From a virus: DNA of 64,000 nt. The notes under the pieces were generated by a model. That model saw only the letters and a list, made by a program, of their open reading frames with translations. It searched no databases and was not told where the DNA came from. The position numbers and the translations under genes are program-made. This document shows positions 16,838-27,299 of this stretch, one piece after another. Location of the stretch: positions 1 through 64,000 of IMG/VR virus record IMGVR_UViG_3300044491_002068; one strand, given 5' to 3'. How positions within the stretch are numbered: position 1 is the stretch's first letter; each line of letters begins with the position of its first letter.

Positions 16838-18604
16838 TCAGCCAATGACCACGATGCGATATGCCTCGTCTGCAGGGGCTGAAGCAAACCCTAGCGTAAC
16901 ATTGTTAGCATCATCACGAGTAACATCGCAAACGACTGTTTCTCCTGAAGAAACTTCGTAAACTTCGACAACAACAAAAAGTGTTCCCAAACCGTGAGTC
17001 ATCTGAATGCTAGTATCCGTGCCACTCTGGGGAACCAAAGCAGAATAGCGAGTCATGAAACCTAGATTAGTTTTTGCGCCAGCAGCAGTCGATGCGCCGG
17101 TACCACCATGGAGTACAGCAACATCTGTCGCCTCCCACGTACCTGTGGTAATAGTGCCCAAACCAGTAATGTTAGTCTGTGACGCAGTAAGAACAGAACC
17201 AGTCAAATCACCAGTCACATCACCGGTCACATTGCCAGTCAAGTTACCCGTCACATCGCCAGTCAAATCACCAGTGACATTACCTGTCACATTTCCGGTA
17301 AGATCACCAGTAACATCCCCAGTAACATTTCCGGTCAAATCTCCCGTAACATCGCCTGTGACATTGCCAGTAACATTACCAGTCAAATCGCCCGTAACGT
17401 CACCAGTCACATTACCCGTAACGCTACCCTCAAGAGAAGCAACAAGCGTAGCAACAGTGTAATTAGTGCCAGCAACATTTACTGTAGTCGTCGGAGCGTC
17501 TTCCAAGTCATGGAACAGTCGGAACTTTCCGTCAGTAGAATCACGGAACATACCAGCAAACGATGCTGTGCCGTCATTATACGTTCCATAGAAACCGATG
17601 TCAACGCTATTAGCAGTGTTACCACTCGCAAGAATAATTAGCGGGTCTTCTACAGACAGCGTAGAAGTGCTAACAGTTGTCGTATCACCGTTAACAGTTA
17701 AGTCACCGCTAACAATAAGATGATCATCAATCGTGACTGTACCACCAGCAGAATCAATGACAAGGTTTCCGCTAGAAGTATCAATTTCGTCAGAAGATGT
17801 CACACCGACCTGAATGTTACCTGCAGTCAAGTTGCCAGTAACGTTACCAGTCACATTACCCGTCAAGTCACCAGTAACATTTCCGGTGACATTTCCAGTA
17901 AGGTCACCAGTCACATCGCCGGTCACATTACCAGTCACATTGCCAGTAAGATTACCTGTAACATCCCCGGTCAAATCTCCCGTAACGTCACCCGTAACAT
18001 TACCAGTCACGTTGCCTGTGACATTACCTGTCACGTTACCTGTGACATCACCAGTCAAATCTGCAGTGACAGTATTGAACGTAACATCAGCAGAAATTGC
18101 TACATCCTGACCAATAGTGACAGTCACAGAATCAGAAGAATCATTCGCTACCGTCGATACACCAGTTCCACCAAGGATGCTAAGAGTACCACCATTCAGG
18201 GCCACACTAGCAGCAGTAGACAAATCGTCAGTAAAAGAAAGGTTTGTAGAAATAGAAGCAGTGCTTGCTGCAGTCAAACGACCGTAAGCGTCAACCGTGA
18301 ACGTCGGAATCTCGGTAGCCGAACCATACGACTGCGCCGTAACACCACTAGTAGCCAACCCAATGTTGACTGACCCCGAAGTACCTCCGCCAGTAATAGG
18401 AGCAGATACAGTAATAGCAGAAATATCGCCTTCATGCAGATTAACCCAGCCTGAGCCGTCATAAATCTTTAATGCGTTATCAACAGTGTCAAAATATACC
18501 TGACCGTCAGCAGGATCAGAAGGAGCGGTACCAAGATTCTGAATCTTAGCGTTCTGCAACTCATTCTTATTTAGATCAATATTAGTTAAGAATTTCTGAG
18601 CCAT
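16838..18604 (-). CDS. Tail fibre protein with G[ND][VL]T repeats
   Basis: MAQKFLTNIDLNKNELQNA N-terminus, YGSATEIPTFTVDAYGRLTAA module, two repeat tracts, GGTGASTAAGAKTNLG. Confidence 0.85.
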   Translation of the reverse strand: MAQKFLTNIDLNKNELQNAKIQNLGTAPSDPADGQVYFDTVDNALKIYDGSGWVNLHEGDISAITVSAPITGGGTSGSVNIGLATSGVTAQSYGSATEIPTFTVDAYGRLTAASTASISTNLSFTDDLSTAASVALNGGTLSILGGTGVSTVANDSSDSVTVTIGQDVAISADVTFNTVTADLTGDVTGNVTGNVTGNVTGNVTGDVTGDLTGDVTGNLTGNVTGNVTGDVTGDLTGNVTGNVTGDLTGNVTGNVTGNLTAGNIQVGVTSSDEIDTSSGNLVIDSAGGTVTIDDHLIVSGDLTVNGDTTTVSTSTLSVEDPLIILASGNTANSVDIGFYGTYNDGTASFAGMFRDSTDGKFRLFHDLEDAPTTTVNVAGTNYTVATLVASLEGSVTGNVTGDVTGDLTGNVTGNVTGDVTGDLTGNVTGDVTGDLTGNVTGNVTGDLTGDVTGNLTGNVTGDVTGDLTGSVLTASQTNITGLGTITTGTWEATDVAVLHGGTGASTAAGAKTNLGFMTRYSALVPQSGTDTSIQMTHGLGTLFVVVEVYEVSSGETVVCDVTRDDANNVTLGFASAPADEAYRIVVIG

Positions 18605-18617
18605 GGCCTCTCCAAAA

Positions 18618-19094
18618 TTAGGTTAAATACGCTTTACCCGTAAACGCTGCCTCAAACGAAACAGTCACGCTGCTTGTACTATTATATGATACCGTACCTA
18701 CAACCACTGTCCCCGCAGAATCGACAACAGTTACAGACGGATAACCGTCCAAAGTGTGGGTAATTTCCCAAGAACTAGAAGCAGAAGGTTGATTATAAGT
18801 GAACCTTTTAGGAATCAAAGGTAAAGGATCGCTCCCCCACGAAAGTTCCCCCTTAGGCCCCCACAACTTCCCAGAAGCAGTATCAATATAGAAATCGCCA
18901 GCAGTTCCTAACGCATCAGACGGGGCACTAGCAGCATAATATAAATTAGACGCCGCACCAGCATCATTAACAAAAGTAGACGCCACCACTGTAACAGAAT
19001 TAGCGTTCGACTCCGAAACAGACACAGCATTAATAATGTCGTTAACTGTAACTCCAGTAGATTGCTGCTCTACGCTGACTGTGTATGTTGACAT
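18618..19094 (-). CDS. Virion structural / fibre-associated protein
   Basis: GDFYIDTASGKLWGPK and WEITHTLDGYPSVTVVDSAG motifs common in phage fibre clusters. Confidence 0.7.
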   Translation of the reverse strand: MSTYTVSVEQQSTGVTVNDIINAVSVSESNANSVTVVASTFVNDAGAASNLYYAASAPSDALGTAGDFYIDTASGKLWGPKGELSWGSDPLPLIPKRFTYNQPSASSSWEITHTLDGYPSVTVVDSAGTVVVGTVSYNSTSSVTVSFEAAFTGKAYLT

Positions 19095-19096
19095 CG

Positions 19097-19438
19097 CTAC
19101 CCTACGCTAAATAAGCCCCTAATTACCTTCACGACCGCCTGTTTTGACCCAATACTGAACAACTCCAAGTCATAAACATGGTCACCAGTATCTAAACCAA
19201 CAGTATCATCCGAAGATAAACTTAACTCTATTTTACTATTTTCAAGGTCATGAGTGATCCTACTATTGGACGTGGACAACTCAACAACAACGGAATCTGC
19301 AGAAATACTGCGCCTAACCTGCATACGGGAACCCCAATACTGTAAACTTGCGTATTCGTTGTCAGGATTAACTAAAGTTATAGACGCAGAAAATGGCTCA
19401 CCCCGTGTACACGAAAAATCATGAAATCCAGCGGTCAT
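19097..19438 (-). CDS. Ig-like (BppU N-terminal-like) structural protein
   Basis: RMQVRR...VELST.N...I.LSLS...T...YDLEL; paralogous to 28168..28512. Confidence 0.65.
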   Translation of the reverse strand: MTAGFHDFSCTRGEPFSASITLVNPDNEYASLQYWGSRMQVRRSISADSVVVELSTSNSRITHDLENSKIELSLSSDDTVGLDTGDHVYDLELFSIGSKQAVVKVIRGLFSVG

Positions 19439-19752
19439 TCGATAATTCCCCCAGCAATAAAATCGTCAGCAGCCATAATCATGCCACGGGCAACCCAATC
19501 AGGAAGATTGTCGGAAGTAACCACCATAAGATTGGCGGTACCATCCTCACCTATAACTTCGCCAGCAAAAATGAAGTTACCTAAAATACCGCCTTCACCA
19601 CGAGCCTCAAAAACAGAATCAACCAACTCGTTAATAATGTTTTCAGCCGTGCCCTTATTGGAAGCGTCAACAGCATCAGCAATCATGCCAATCAAGTCGT
19701 CGTCAGAGTCGTCATCCCCACGCTCACTAAACGGTACAAAATCTTCTGACAT
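19435..19752 (-). CDS. Hypothetical acidic protein
   Basis: 105-aa ORF with AGGAGG RBS. Confidence 0.7.
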   Translation of the reverse strand: MSEDFVPFSERGDDDSDDDLIGMIADAVDASNKGTAENIINELVDSVFEARGEGGILGNFIFAGEVIGEDGTANLMVVTSDNLPDWVARGMIMAADDFIAGGIIE

Positions 19753-19764
19753 AACTGCCTCCTG

Positions 19765-20064
19765 CTATTCTTCGGGTTTAAGACTTAAAATCTCTTTATG
19801 TAACTCGGCGTTTCTTCTTTCCAAAGCAGAAATTTCTTCCTGTAAATGGTGCGTAATATATCTCAACCGATTATTTTCTTTACGCTGTAAAGCATATTCT
19901 ATCCTACTTTGCTTAACCAAATCTAGCCATACTGAGTCCTGAGCAACGTCAATCTCAAAATCAAGTTTCTTCGACTTCAATCTACTAGAAAGAAAAATAC
20001 CAGTGAACGTTACAGCGGAACCAACAAGCGCAGGTATAGTCATATTTAAAAACTCTGACCACAT
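19765..20064 (-). CDS. Membrane-anchored coiled-coil protein (possibly lysis accessory)
   Basis: N-terminal hydrophobic segment (IPALVGSAVTFTGIFL) followed by heptad-rich C-terminus. Confidence 0.55.
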   Translation of the reverse strand: MWSEFLNMTIPALVGSAVTFTGIFLSSRLKSKKLDFEIDVAQDSVWLDLVKQSRIEYALQRKENNRLRYITHHLQEEISALERRNAELHKEILSLKPEE

Positions 20065-20105
20065 GTTAGTCCCTTCATCCCATACTTGTAAAACCCTCCC
20101 GCTCG

Positions 20106-20909
20106 TTAGGGGGCAACGTAATCTAATGTAACCTCTAAAAGTGGTCCGTACGCCTGATCGTACCCATTATAGAAAAAATAGTCTGTGTCTTCGCTAGATG
20201 CGTACCGCTGCAAACCGTCGCCAGTAGTACCATTATTAGTCGTATTAGCAACGGCCAACGCCCCCCCACCACGAACATGGTCAATCAACTGCTGAGCGTG
20301 ACTAACACCGTTGTAGGCTAAATCAATGTAAGTCGTCTCACCCAAATCAAAAGCGTCAGTGGCTCTCCCCGGAAAGTTCCTGAAGCCATAATAAGTAAAA
20401 TTAGTTGAACCCGGCTCAGGAGACACAGCGGTCAGTGCAGCATTATATTTTCCTACAACAATATCGCCCCAACCACCGGGAACAGGTGAACCACTATAGT
20501 ATCCGTGGGCAGTGGTGATACGAGTAAGCCGTAACCTAGCCGACACAACGTATGGTCTTGTATTCATAAGAGTATTCAAAGATGAAGTAGTGTAATATGC
20601 ATTGCCATTGAACTCTGCTACTCCAAACCACGGGTAGTTTGTTGAAAACCTTCCCTGACGCAAAACGGAAGCACCTCCCGTTTGAGATGAAGACGCCCAC
20701 GATGCTCCACGAGCAGCCCTAGAAGTAGAAGCATCAAAAATGTATATTGCTGGATCAGAACCGATATGGAACTGCCTGTATACGTTGTTAACTTTTACGT
20801 ACCCACCGATGATAGGCTTATCTGTATAGTTGCCAGTATAATTTCTAAGATACATTGCGGCATTAGGTACTGATCTATACACATTGCCAACTTTAAAGTA
20901 CGCTGTCAT
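20106..20909 (-). CDS. Minor tail protein
   Basis: Follows fibre gene; GYVKVNNVYRQ adaptor motif and C-terminal P.LEVT beta-sandwich end. Confidence 0.6.
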   Translation of the reverse strand: MTAYFKVGNVYRSVPNAAMYLRNYTGNYTDKPIIGGYVKVNNVYRQFHIGSDPAIYIFDASTSRAARGASWASSSQTGGASVLRQGRFSTNYPWFGVAEFNGNAYYTTSSLNTLMNTRPYVVSARLRLTRITTAHGYYSGSPVPGGWGDIVVGKYNAALTAVSPEPGSTNFTYYGFRNFPGRATDAFDLGETTYIDLAYNGVSHAQQLIDHVRGGGALAVANTTNNGTTGDGLQRYASSEDTDYFFYNGYDQAYGPLLEVTLDYVAP

Positions 20910-20916
20910 GATGAAC

Positions 20917-22362
20917 TCACACGTATCTCAAATAAATCGAACCGTTGGGGGAACCATCTAAGTTGTTTGGTGCTCCAGTATTAGCAGTAATCCAATACCC
21001 GCCACCACCAGTGTTGCCGTACATATTTCCGAGAGCCGCAGATAATTCCGTGTCACGAGTAATAGTAGAAGCGATACGGTCGTCTGCAACAGTACCGCTA
21101 GTAATCTTGTTTGCATCAATGCCTGAAGCCAACTTGTCGTTAGTAATTTCTCCGTTTGAGATATGGTTGCGGTTCAACGCCCCAAACGCCAAAGCGCCTG
21201 CGCCATCCCGCCTCAATACCCCATGCGAACCGGCAGTAAGTGTAGTAGGGTTAGTCGTAGTAGTCGTGCTAGTGTTTGCAATGATAGTGTTAGGTGCAAT
21301 GTTAACAAGTTTACCTAACGAAATTGTATCATTAGCAATGTGTTCATTATCAATAGAAAGAGCGGCATAGTGAACAGAATCAATAGAATCAATAGCGATA
21401 TGTCCGCCATCAATCTGACCAAACGCCAAATTGTCAGCACCGTCACGACGAAGTACACTATTTGTGCCTGCAGGTAACTCGGCAAATGCTCCGGCACCCG
21501 TTCCCGCCTTAGCCAAAATAGTGAACCCTGCTGAAGCCGACTGAATCTTAGCATACGTCACAGCACTATTAGCAATACGATCAATCGGTAACGTGCCCGT
21601 AGTCAACTTGCCAGCATCAATGCCTGTAGCAGCCAACTTAGCGTTAGTCACATCACCGTCAGCAATACGAGCAATCGGTAACGTGCCCGTAGTCAACTTG
21701 CCAGCATCAATGCCTGTAGCAGCCAACTTAGCGTTAGTCACATTAGCATCCAAAATTTTTGTCGTTGTAACAGCATTAACAGCCAATTTTGAATCGTCAA
21801 TAGCGCCCGCAGTAATTTTTGCACCAGTAACGCTAAGGCCAGCGACCAGCGCCATATCTAGCGTACCACTATCAAACCTAGAAATAGAAAATCCGCTAGC
21901 AGCCAACTTTGGATCAGTAACCTGCGCTGCACCAATCTTAGCCGTAGAAACAGCAGAATCAGACAAATGCGCCGTATCAATAGAACCGTCAACATAATGT
22001 TGAGAATCAATAGAATCGTTACCAATAGCGTGCCTATGATCCTGCCTAGCGTAATTAGTTGAAGACCCAACACTTTCCGTACTACCAGTCAACGTCTCAA
22101 CCGACGACGCAGGACGGTTAATATCAAACCAATCCGTACCATTACAATACTGCAACACGCCCGCAGAAGAACCAGACGAATCATAATAAAAGAACCCTGT
22201 AAACGCCGCACTACCCGCCGCTGCGTCGCCAGAATCTTGAGTAAAGCCAGCAGCCTTAGCCTCTAAATTCTGATGTGACGTATGCAACTGTGCTCTAGTA
22301 AACGGGTCAGCACCAGAAGTCCACGTGTAAATCTCAAGTCTATCAGTCTGTGTAACGGCCAT
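20917..22362 (-). CDS. Tail fibre protein with 'VT.AK[IL]A' repeats
   Basis: Repeated SIDT.H / AVT.AKI / DAGKLTTGTLPI.RIA units; directly after baseplate genes. Confidence 0.8.
   Translation of the reverse strand: MAVTQTDRLEIYTWTSGADPFTRAQLHTSHQNLEAKAAGFTQDSGDAAAGSAAFTGFFYYDSSGSSAGVLQYCNGTDWFDINRPASSVETLTGSTESVGSSTNYARQDHRHAIGNDSIDSQHYVDGSIDTAHLSDSAVSTAKIGAAQVTDPKLAASGFSISRFDSGTLDMALVAGLSVTGAKITAGAIDDSKLAVNAVTTTKILDANVTNAKLAATGIDAGKLTTGTLPIARIADGDVTNAKLAATGIDAGKLTTGTLPIDRIANSAVTYAKIQSASAGFTILAKAGTGAGAFAELPAGTNSVLRRDGADNLAFGQIDGGHIAIDSIDSVHYAALSIDNEHIANDTISLGKLVNIAPNTIIANTSTTTTTNPTTLTAGSHGVLRRDGAGALAFGALNRNHISNGEITNDKLASGIDANKITSGTVADDRIASTITRDTELSAALGNMYGNTGGGGYWITANTGAPNNLDGSPNGSIYLRYV
21571..21743. 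repeat. Near-perfect direct repeat (83 nt, 1 mismatch, 90-nt period) in fibre gene
   Basis: 21571-21653 vs 21661-21743 differ only at 21581/21671. Confidence 0.9.
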
Positions 22363-22388
22363 CGTAATCCTCCTACACTAATATTCTA

Positions 22389-25300
22389 CTACGAAATTTG
22401 GCTGTCCAGCAGCGTAATTTCGCCATCCGACAAATATCTAGTATAGCCAACAAACGCAGCCATACCAAAACGAGGATTCCACTCACCACTAGCACCCTCA
22501 CTGAAAGTACCGGAATTAATTTTCTCCACAAAAGTATCCACAGCAGAAATCGTAGTAGAATCCTCCTCAACACCGTCCACCACCATACTGAAAACATCAG
22601 ATGCAGGATCACGGCGAATAACAACAACATGCCAATCACCATAATCAGGTGATTCAGTCCACGACAAAGATTCCGTATTAGTACCATCAGTAAATGTTGC
22701 TTTCACATCAGGACCATCAAAGTATACACGTAATCCCTCTTCTGAAGCATTCTCCAAACGGAAAATATCGTACTCAACAGTAGTCACGTCAGTCCAATGC
22801 CGTCTAATATGCAAAACAATAGAAAACTCGCTATGTACCTCAATGGGAGGAGGATTATTCATACTAGGTGAACCCTCGTGGAAGTGTAGTGCAGGTCTAT
22901 CCACCAACTGCGCTGGCATGTAGTTCACGGCACCAAACGTACGAGCAATAGTCCATGTAGTAGCGTCGTCGTCAACACCGGAAGAAGCCCCTAAAGTGTT
23001 AGGTAAAAAGTAGGCAACTCTTGTCCCAGATGCACTACCATCAGAAGAATCGTAAACTTCAATCGCAGTAACATTTACGTCATTATAGGTATCCGCCGAC
23101 CCGTTATATTCGGTATCCAAGTCTAATAACAAATCGCCAGTACCTGACGTAGTGTGTGTCTTGACGTGTGAAGCAACTGTACCATCAGATGGCGTAACAA
23201 CAAAACTTTTAACATCGTAGGACGTGCTATTAGACAACGCTGCACTTAACTCGTTATTAGCAGACGCACTATTAGCCGTATAACCAAAGTACCATACATC
23301 GTCAGTGCCTGCCAACGGGCGCATAGCGTACACCGACAAGTCTACTACAGAATCCTCGTTTACAGTAACCCCAAGCGTTGCCCCTGTACTTAAACTCGCA
23401 TCAAACGTCGATGCGTAAGCACTTGCCACAGAAACGTCAATATCTACGGTAGGATTATACGTATAGTACGCAAATGAAGTTACCTCACCGCCGACAACAT
23501 AAGCGTGGGCTTCACTAGAAACGTCGCTTTCCCCTATAAAGTCTAGAGGAGAGTTAAAAACTAGAACTCTTTTAACAGCGCACGACAAAGGATTGGCATT
23601 AGCCCAAGTATTGGTTGCAGATAGTGACCCCAACACTTGAACATAAGATGTCGCCCCGCCAGAAACAGAATAGTCATTAATGGTAGTAGAACTGACTTCA
23701 TGACTTTCCCAATCGTCGTATAGTGATGATTGTGCGTAGAAGTCTACAACGGCAGAATACCCGTCTGTAATAGGTGTCCCAACTTCTCGCTTGACTCTCA
23801 GAACAACGTCACCAACGGCAGACAGAGCAACAATATCAATTGGATCAGAATACGCATAAGCGGTCTCAAACTGACCGGTGCTAGCATTGTTATATCCAGT
23901 GACTAGCAGCATCCGTATCGCAGTATCTCGCTCTGAAGTGACACCGCTTGCCAAGTACACCGCCCAATCGTTATTGCTGGAAGCGTCTTTACCGCACACT
24001 AATAAACGTTTTTCTCGGAAAAGCCAATCTGCGGGAGTGTTTCCACCGCTGTCAACTGTAGACAGATCAGCAGAAAATGTTTGAATATCAGACAAAACCA
24101 TAACTACGTCAAAACCTGCAGCAGAGCCGCCAAGATCAGCAAGCGTGCTAGTGGCAGTAGTCAAAGAGCCGTAACCACCAGATGTTTCACCGTAAAAATA
24201 CGAAGAAGTGCTATCGAAATGGGAATCTGCAACTCCACCACCAAGTTCAACATAGTCTGCATCTGAACTTTCGTTTAAACGAATATGTCTAGCGAAACCG
24301 TCCATGTCTGAAATAAAACTTTTCTGGTAGACAACAGCGCCACCAGAATCAGAGTCGGAGTATGTTGCAGGATACACAAGTTTACTTAAGTCATATGATC
24401 CTCTACCCGAATTTAAAACTTGACCGGTTTTTGTGGCAGTTGCCCCAACGGAAAGACCTTGATTTACGGCATCCGGAATCAAATCACCATCAGGATCAGG
24501 GTCCAGAGAAGGGTCCACTAAAACTTCAATTTTGAAAGGGTTGTCCAAGTCGTTATTCTTAACAACTACAACATCAGAGGCTGTTGCACTACCGTTTAGC
24601 GTAGTTCTAACAAACTCTTCAATAGTGTCCTGACGGCCAGCGTTTAAACCAGTGAATCCTGTTCGTATCTGATCACGGAAACTTTGAATAGAGTCAAAAA
24701 AGTCGGGGTCTAAATCCTGCACCGCTAGCCACGTTGCGGGGTCAGATTCAGAAGAAATGTCTTCCCATTCACCCGGAGTACCGTCCTCATCGGTATCAGC
24801 AGCCTCCAACCCCTCCCACGGAGTAAAACCAGTAGCAAGAGTTAACAACGAAGTTCCCGTAACAGTTGCAAGCCACAACAGATAACCTGCCCTCGCAGTA
24901 TCAGGGTCAGTCAAAATTGACTTATGCTCAACACCCTCCACGGCTCTTACATAATCGAACTCTACAGTCTCATCGTACACATGATCTATCTGGGCACACA
25001 AAGCCTCAACAAATCTGAATAAAGGTCGTGGTAACTGAGTCGAAGAAACTATGTCGTTAATATTCTCGTCATCCAGAAGCATGAAGTTGGGTAGAGAATC
25101 ATAGACAGCATTAGTGACTATTCCAGTCCTTGAAGAGGAATCCTCAGAAAAAACTGGATCAAACATCCACACAAAGGAGCCGCTTTCTAGCGGGTCGCCG
25201 CCTTGCCCAGTAATAGTTACAACCATTCTCGCAAAAGAAGTTGCAACTCCGGTAGTAAACAGTCCGAAGAGCCTACCAGCAGAACTTTGATCGTGGTCTA

Positions 25301-25670
25301 GCGAAGGACCCGTGCCAATTAATGTCCCGGTTCCACTAGAAATCGCACCCTCTTCTACGTCTAGAGAAATGTTTACATCGTTAGTCTGCGCAGCAAACAT
25401 TGCACTAACTATATAGCGCTCTAACGGATTTACAGCAACCCACGGGGACTTCAAAACAATGTCAGACGCATTATCTGTTGCTACACCAAGAGAGTTTGAA
25501 GTAAGGCTACTCTCATACTCTGCCCCCGGAATATACTTGTTGTAAAATGGCCTATCGACAAGTCGGGCGATGGCCCCGTACGTTGACGTAACCTCCCATC
25601 CGGCGTAGTCGTCAGCATCTCCAAAGTTTTGCTGACTAACAGAAAACAAATTGAAATTTTTATGCGACAT
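22389..25670 (-). CDS. Large baseplate wedge/tail protein (P2 gpI-like region, C-terminal LamG-like domain)
   Basis: Follows baseplate J; LTDPDTA...LLWLA motif; C-terminal DWHVVVIRR...VDG...YTRYLSD.EI lectin-like pattern. Confidence 0.7.
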   Translation of the reverse strand: MSHKNFNLFSVSQQNFGDADDYAGWEVTSTYGAIARLVDRPFYNKYIPGAEYESSLTSNSLGVATDNASDIVLKSPWVAVNPLERYIVSAMFAAQTNDVNISLDVEEGAISSGTGTLIGTGPSLDHDQSSAGRLFGLFTTGVATSFARMVVTITGQGGDPLESGSFVWMFDPVFSEDSSSRTGIVTNAVYDSLPNFMLLDDENINDIVSSTQLPRPLFRFVEALCAQIDHVYDETVEFDYVRAVEGVEHKSILTDPDTARAGYLLWLATVTGTSLLTLATGFTPWEGLEAADTDEDGTPGEWEDISSESDPATWLAVQDLDPDFFDSIQSFRDQIRTGFTGLNAGRQDTIEEFVRTTLNGSATASDVVVVKNNDLDNPFKIEVLVDPSLDPDPDGDLIPDAVNQGLSVGATATKTGQVLNSGRGSYDLSKLVYPATYSDSDSGGAVVYQKSFISDMDGFARHIRLNESSDADYVELGGGVADSHFDSTSSYFYGETSGGYGSLTTATSTLADLGGSAAGFDVVMVLSDIQTFSADLSTVDSGGNTPADWLFREKRLLVCGKDASSNNDWAVYLASGVTSERDTAIRMLLVTGYNNASTGQFETAYAYSDPIDIVALSAVGDVVLRVKREVGTPITDGYSAVVDFYAQSSLYDDWESHEVSSTTINDYSVSGGATSYVQVLGSLSATNTWANANPLSCAVKRVLVFNSPLDFIGESDVSSEAHAYVVGGEVTSFAYYTYNPTVDIDVSVASAYASTFDASLSTGATLGVTVNEDSVVDLSVYAMRPLAGTDDVWYFGYTANSASANNELSAALSNSTSYDVKSFVVTPSDGTVASHVKTHTTSGTGDLLLDLDTEYNGSADTYNDVNVTAIEVYDSSDGSASGTRVAYFLPNTLGASSGVDDDATTWTIARTFGAVNYMPAQLVDRPALHFHEGSPSMNNPPPIEVHSEFSIVLHIRRHWTDVTTVEYDIFRLENASEEGLRVYFDGPDVKATFTDGTNTESLSWTESPDYGDWHVVVIRRDPASDVFSMVVDGVEEDSTTISAVDTFVEKINSGTFSEGASGEWNPRFGMAAFVGYTRYLSDGEITLLDSQIS

Positions 25671-25684
25671 AACTCGCCCCTAAA

Positions 25685-27292
25685 TCAGTTGATTGCGAGT
25701 GAAATTTCACCGTACGTCACCAGTGTACCTAAATTCCGAATAACGATATCTGTCTGCACACCGTCCCCTGTACCGTCAAGGGCTGTGAAAGATAGGTAGT
25801 TGTTGCTACCGCCACTCAATGCGTCAGAAACCGTAGCAGTGCCACCGCTATCTCCAGCAGAGCCAATAAACGTTGCGCTAGCAGATACCACACCACTGTT
25901 ATCAGTGTCGTTGTAAGCCACACCATTTGCTACAGCCTCATAACTTACACCGCTGGCATTACCAGAACCATCAACCACAAAGGTACCAGTATTTACAAAA
26001 GTGTAAACATTAGGATTATCAGGATCAGTAGTGGAATCCACCCAGTAAAACGCTGCTTCCCCTGCAGTATACGTGCCCGGAGTCGCACCAGAAATAGTGA
26101 AGGTGCCAGTTGCTTTAGAGCCATTAGACGTAGCGTAATAGCCAACATTCGACGTACCAATCAAAGATGAACCATTCATGGTCAACGCATCCACATAGTC
26201 AACACCCGCAACAGAGTCAATCAAAGAGATAACTTCATTCCGTCTAATCCGCTGTGTGGACCAATCCCACGTATTGGTATTTAAATAACTTTGCAGCGCT
26301 GAAGTAATAGAAGCAGAAACAGTAGAAGAAGAAAATCCAGACTTCTTTACGACAGTAGCAGTAATATCAACATCTACCAACTCCGCCGACATAACGTCGA
26401 TGAAGGTACCCGCAGGGGTTCTAGCATCCAACGATGAGTACAAATCAGCAAGGTTTGAAGCCGACACAGTAATCTCAGAAGTAGCAGAAGCAGCGTTGTT
26501 TACAGCAGCCGCAACTGCTACAAGAACGGCACCGTCGTGGACACCATAGTCATCAGCCGTCGTGTCACGATCACGGTATCGCCTACGGTTGTAGACTTCC
26601 ACTCTATTCGCATACGTCTTATTGCTCGCAACATAATATTTAATCTGCGATGCGGTAGTGGACGCAGAAGTATAACTTCCAAGCAACGCTACACCACGAT
26701 CAAAATATGCTTGATCACTTTCGGCATTTGCGCCACCAGAAGGACTTGTAGCGAAAGTTGCTGAAAGGAAAAACGACGCATTAGAAAGAAGTGTTAAACC
26801 TAAACCATCAGCAGAAAAGTTGTACTTTGTTCCAACTTCCTGTGCTGTAACAGCAACATTAGACTTAATATAAGTCCCGCTACCAGCATCATAGTCAGAA
26901 GCAGTCATGTCTAGTGCTGCATCTAAGGAGAAAATGTACGACGTGCTAGTGGCTGAATTTACATACAAAAACTCTGTCCCAGCAGGCAACTGTCCAGCGT
27001 TAGAGAAAGTCAAATTAATTAGAGCAGTAGACGCTACACCATCGCTGCGGGTTAACCCAAACAATTGTAGCAAAACTTCAGTTGTTGCGCTAGGCACACG
27101 GTTAATCGCCGCCACAACCTCAGACGAACGCAAAGCAATTGCTTCCGCCAGTACCGCCTCAATCTGACCAACAGCGGGAGTCCAGTTAGGTAACAACGCC
27201 CTACCTGCACTAAGAATATCGTTTAAAACCTCAACAGGATTATCATCAAAAACTGTCAAGTCTACATAACTACGAACATCAGGAGAAGCCAT
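25685..27292 (-). CDS. Baseplate J-like protein
   Basis: LPNWTP...E.VL.EA, LPAGTEF, GGANAESD..Y.DR, IDSVAGVDYV. Confidence 0.85.
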   Translation of the reverse strand: MASPDVRSYVDLTVFDDNPVEVLNDILSAGRALLPNWTPAVGQIEAVLAEAIALRSSEVVAAINRVPSATTEVLLQLFGLTRSDGVASTALINLTFSNAGQLPAGTEFLYVNSATSTSYIFSLDAALDMTASDYDAGSGTYIKSNVAVTAQEVGTKYNFSADGLGLTLLSNASFFLSATFATSPSGGANAESDQAYFDRGVALLGSYTSASTTASQIKYYVASNKTYANRVEVYNRRRYRDRDTTADDYGVHDGAVLVAVAAAVNNAASATSEITVSASNLADLYSSLDARTPAGTFIDVMSAELVDVDITATVVKKSGFSSSTVSASITSALQSYLNTNTWDWSTQRIRRNEVISLIDSVAGVDYVDALTMNGSSLIGTSNVGYYATSNGSKATGTFTISGATPGTYTAGEAAFYWVDSTTDPDNPNVYTFVNTGTFVVDGSGNASGVSYEAVANGVAYNDTDNSGVVSASATFIGSAGDSGGTATVSDALSGGSNNYLSFTALDGTGDGVQTDIVIRNLGTLVTYGEISLAIN

Positions 27293-27299
27293 CTCTACC

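Noticed and set aside
12947-18373. Long plus-strand ORFs with PVTL/PVTS repeats (e.g. 12947..14368, 17055..17462, 17720..18373)
   Set aside because: Antisense shadows of the G[ND][VL]T fibre repeats.
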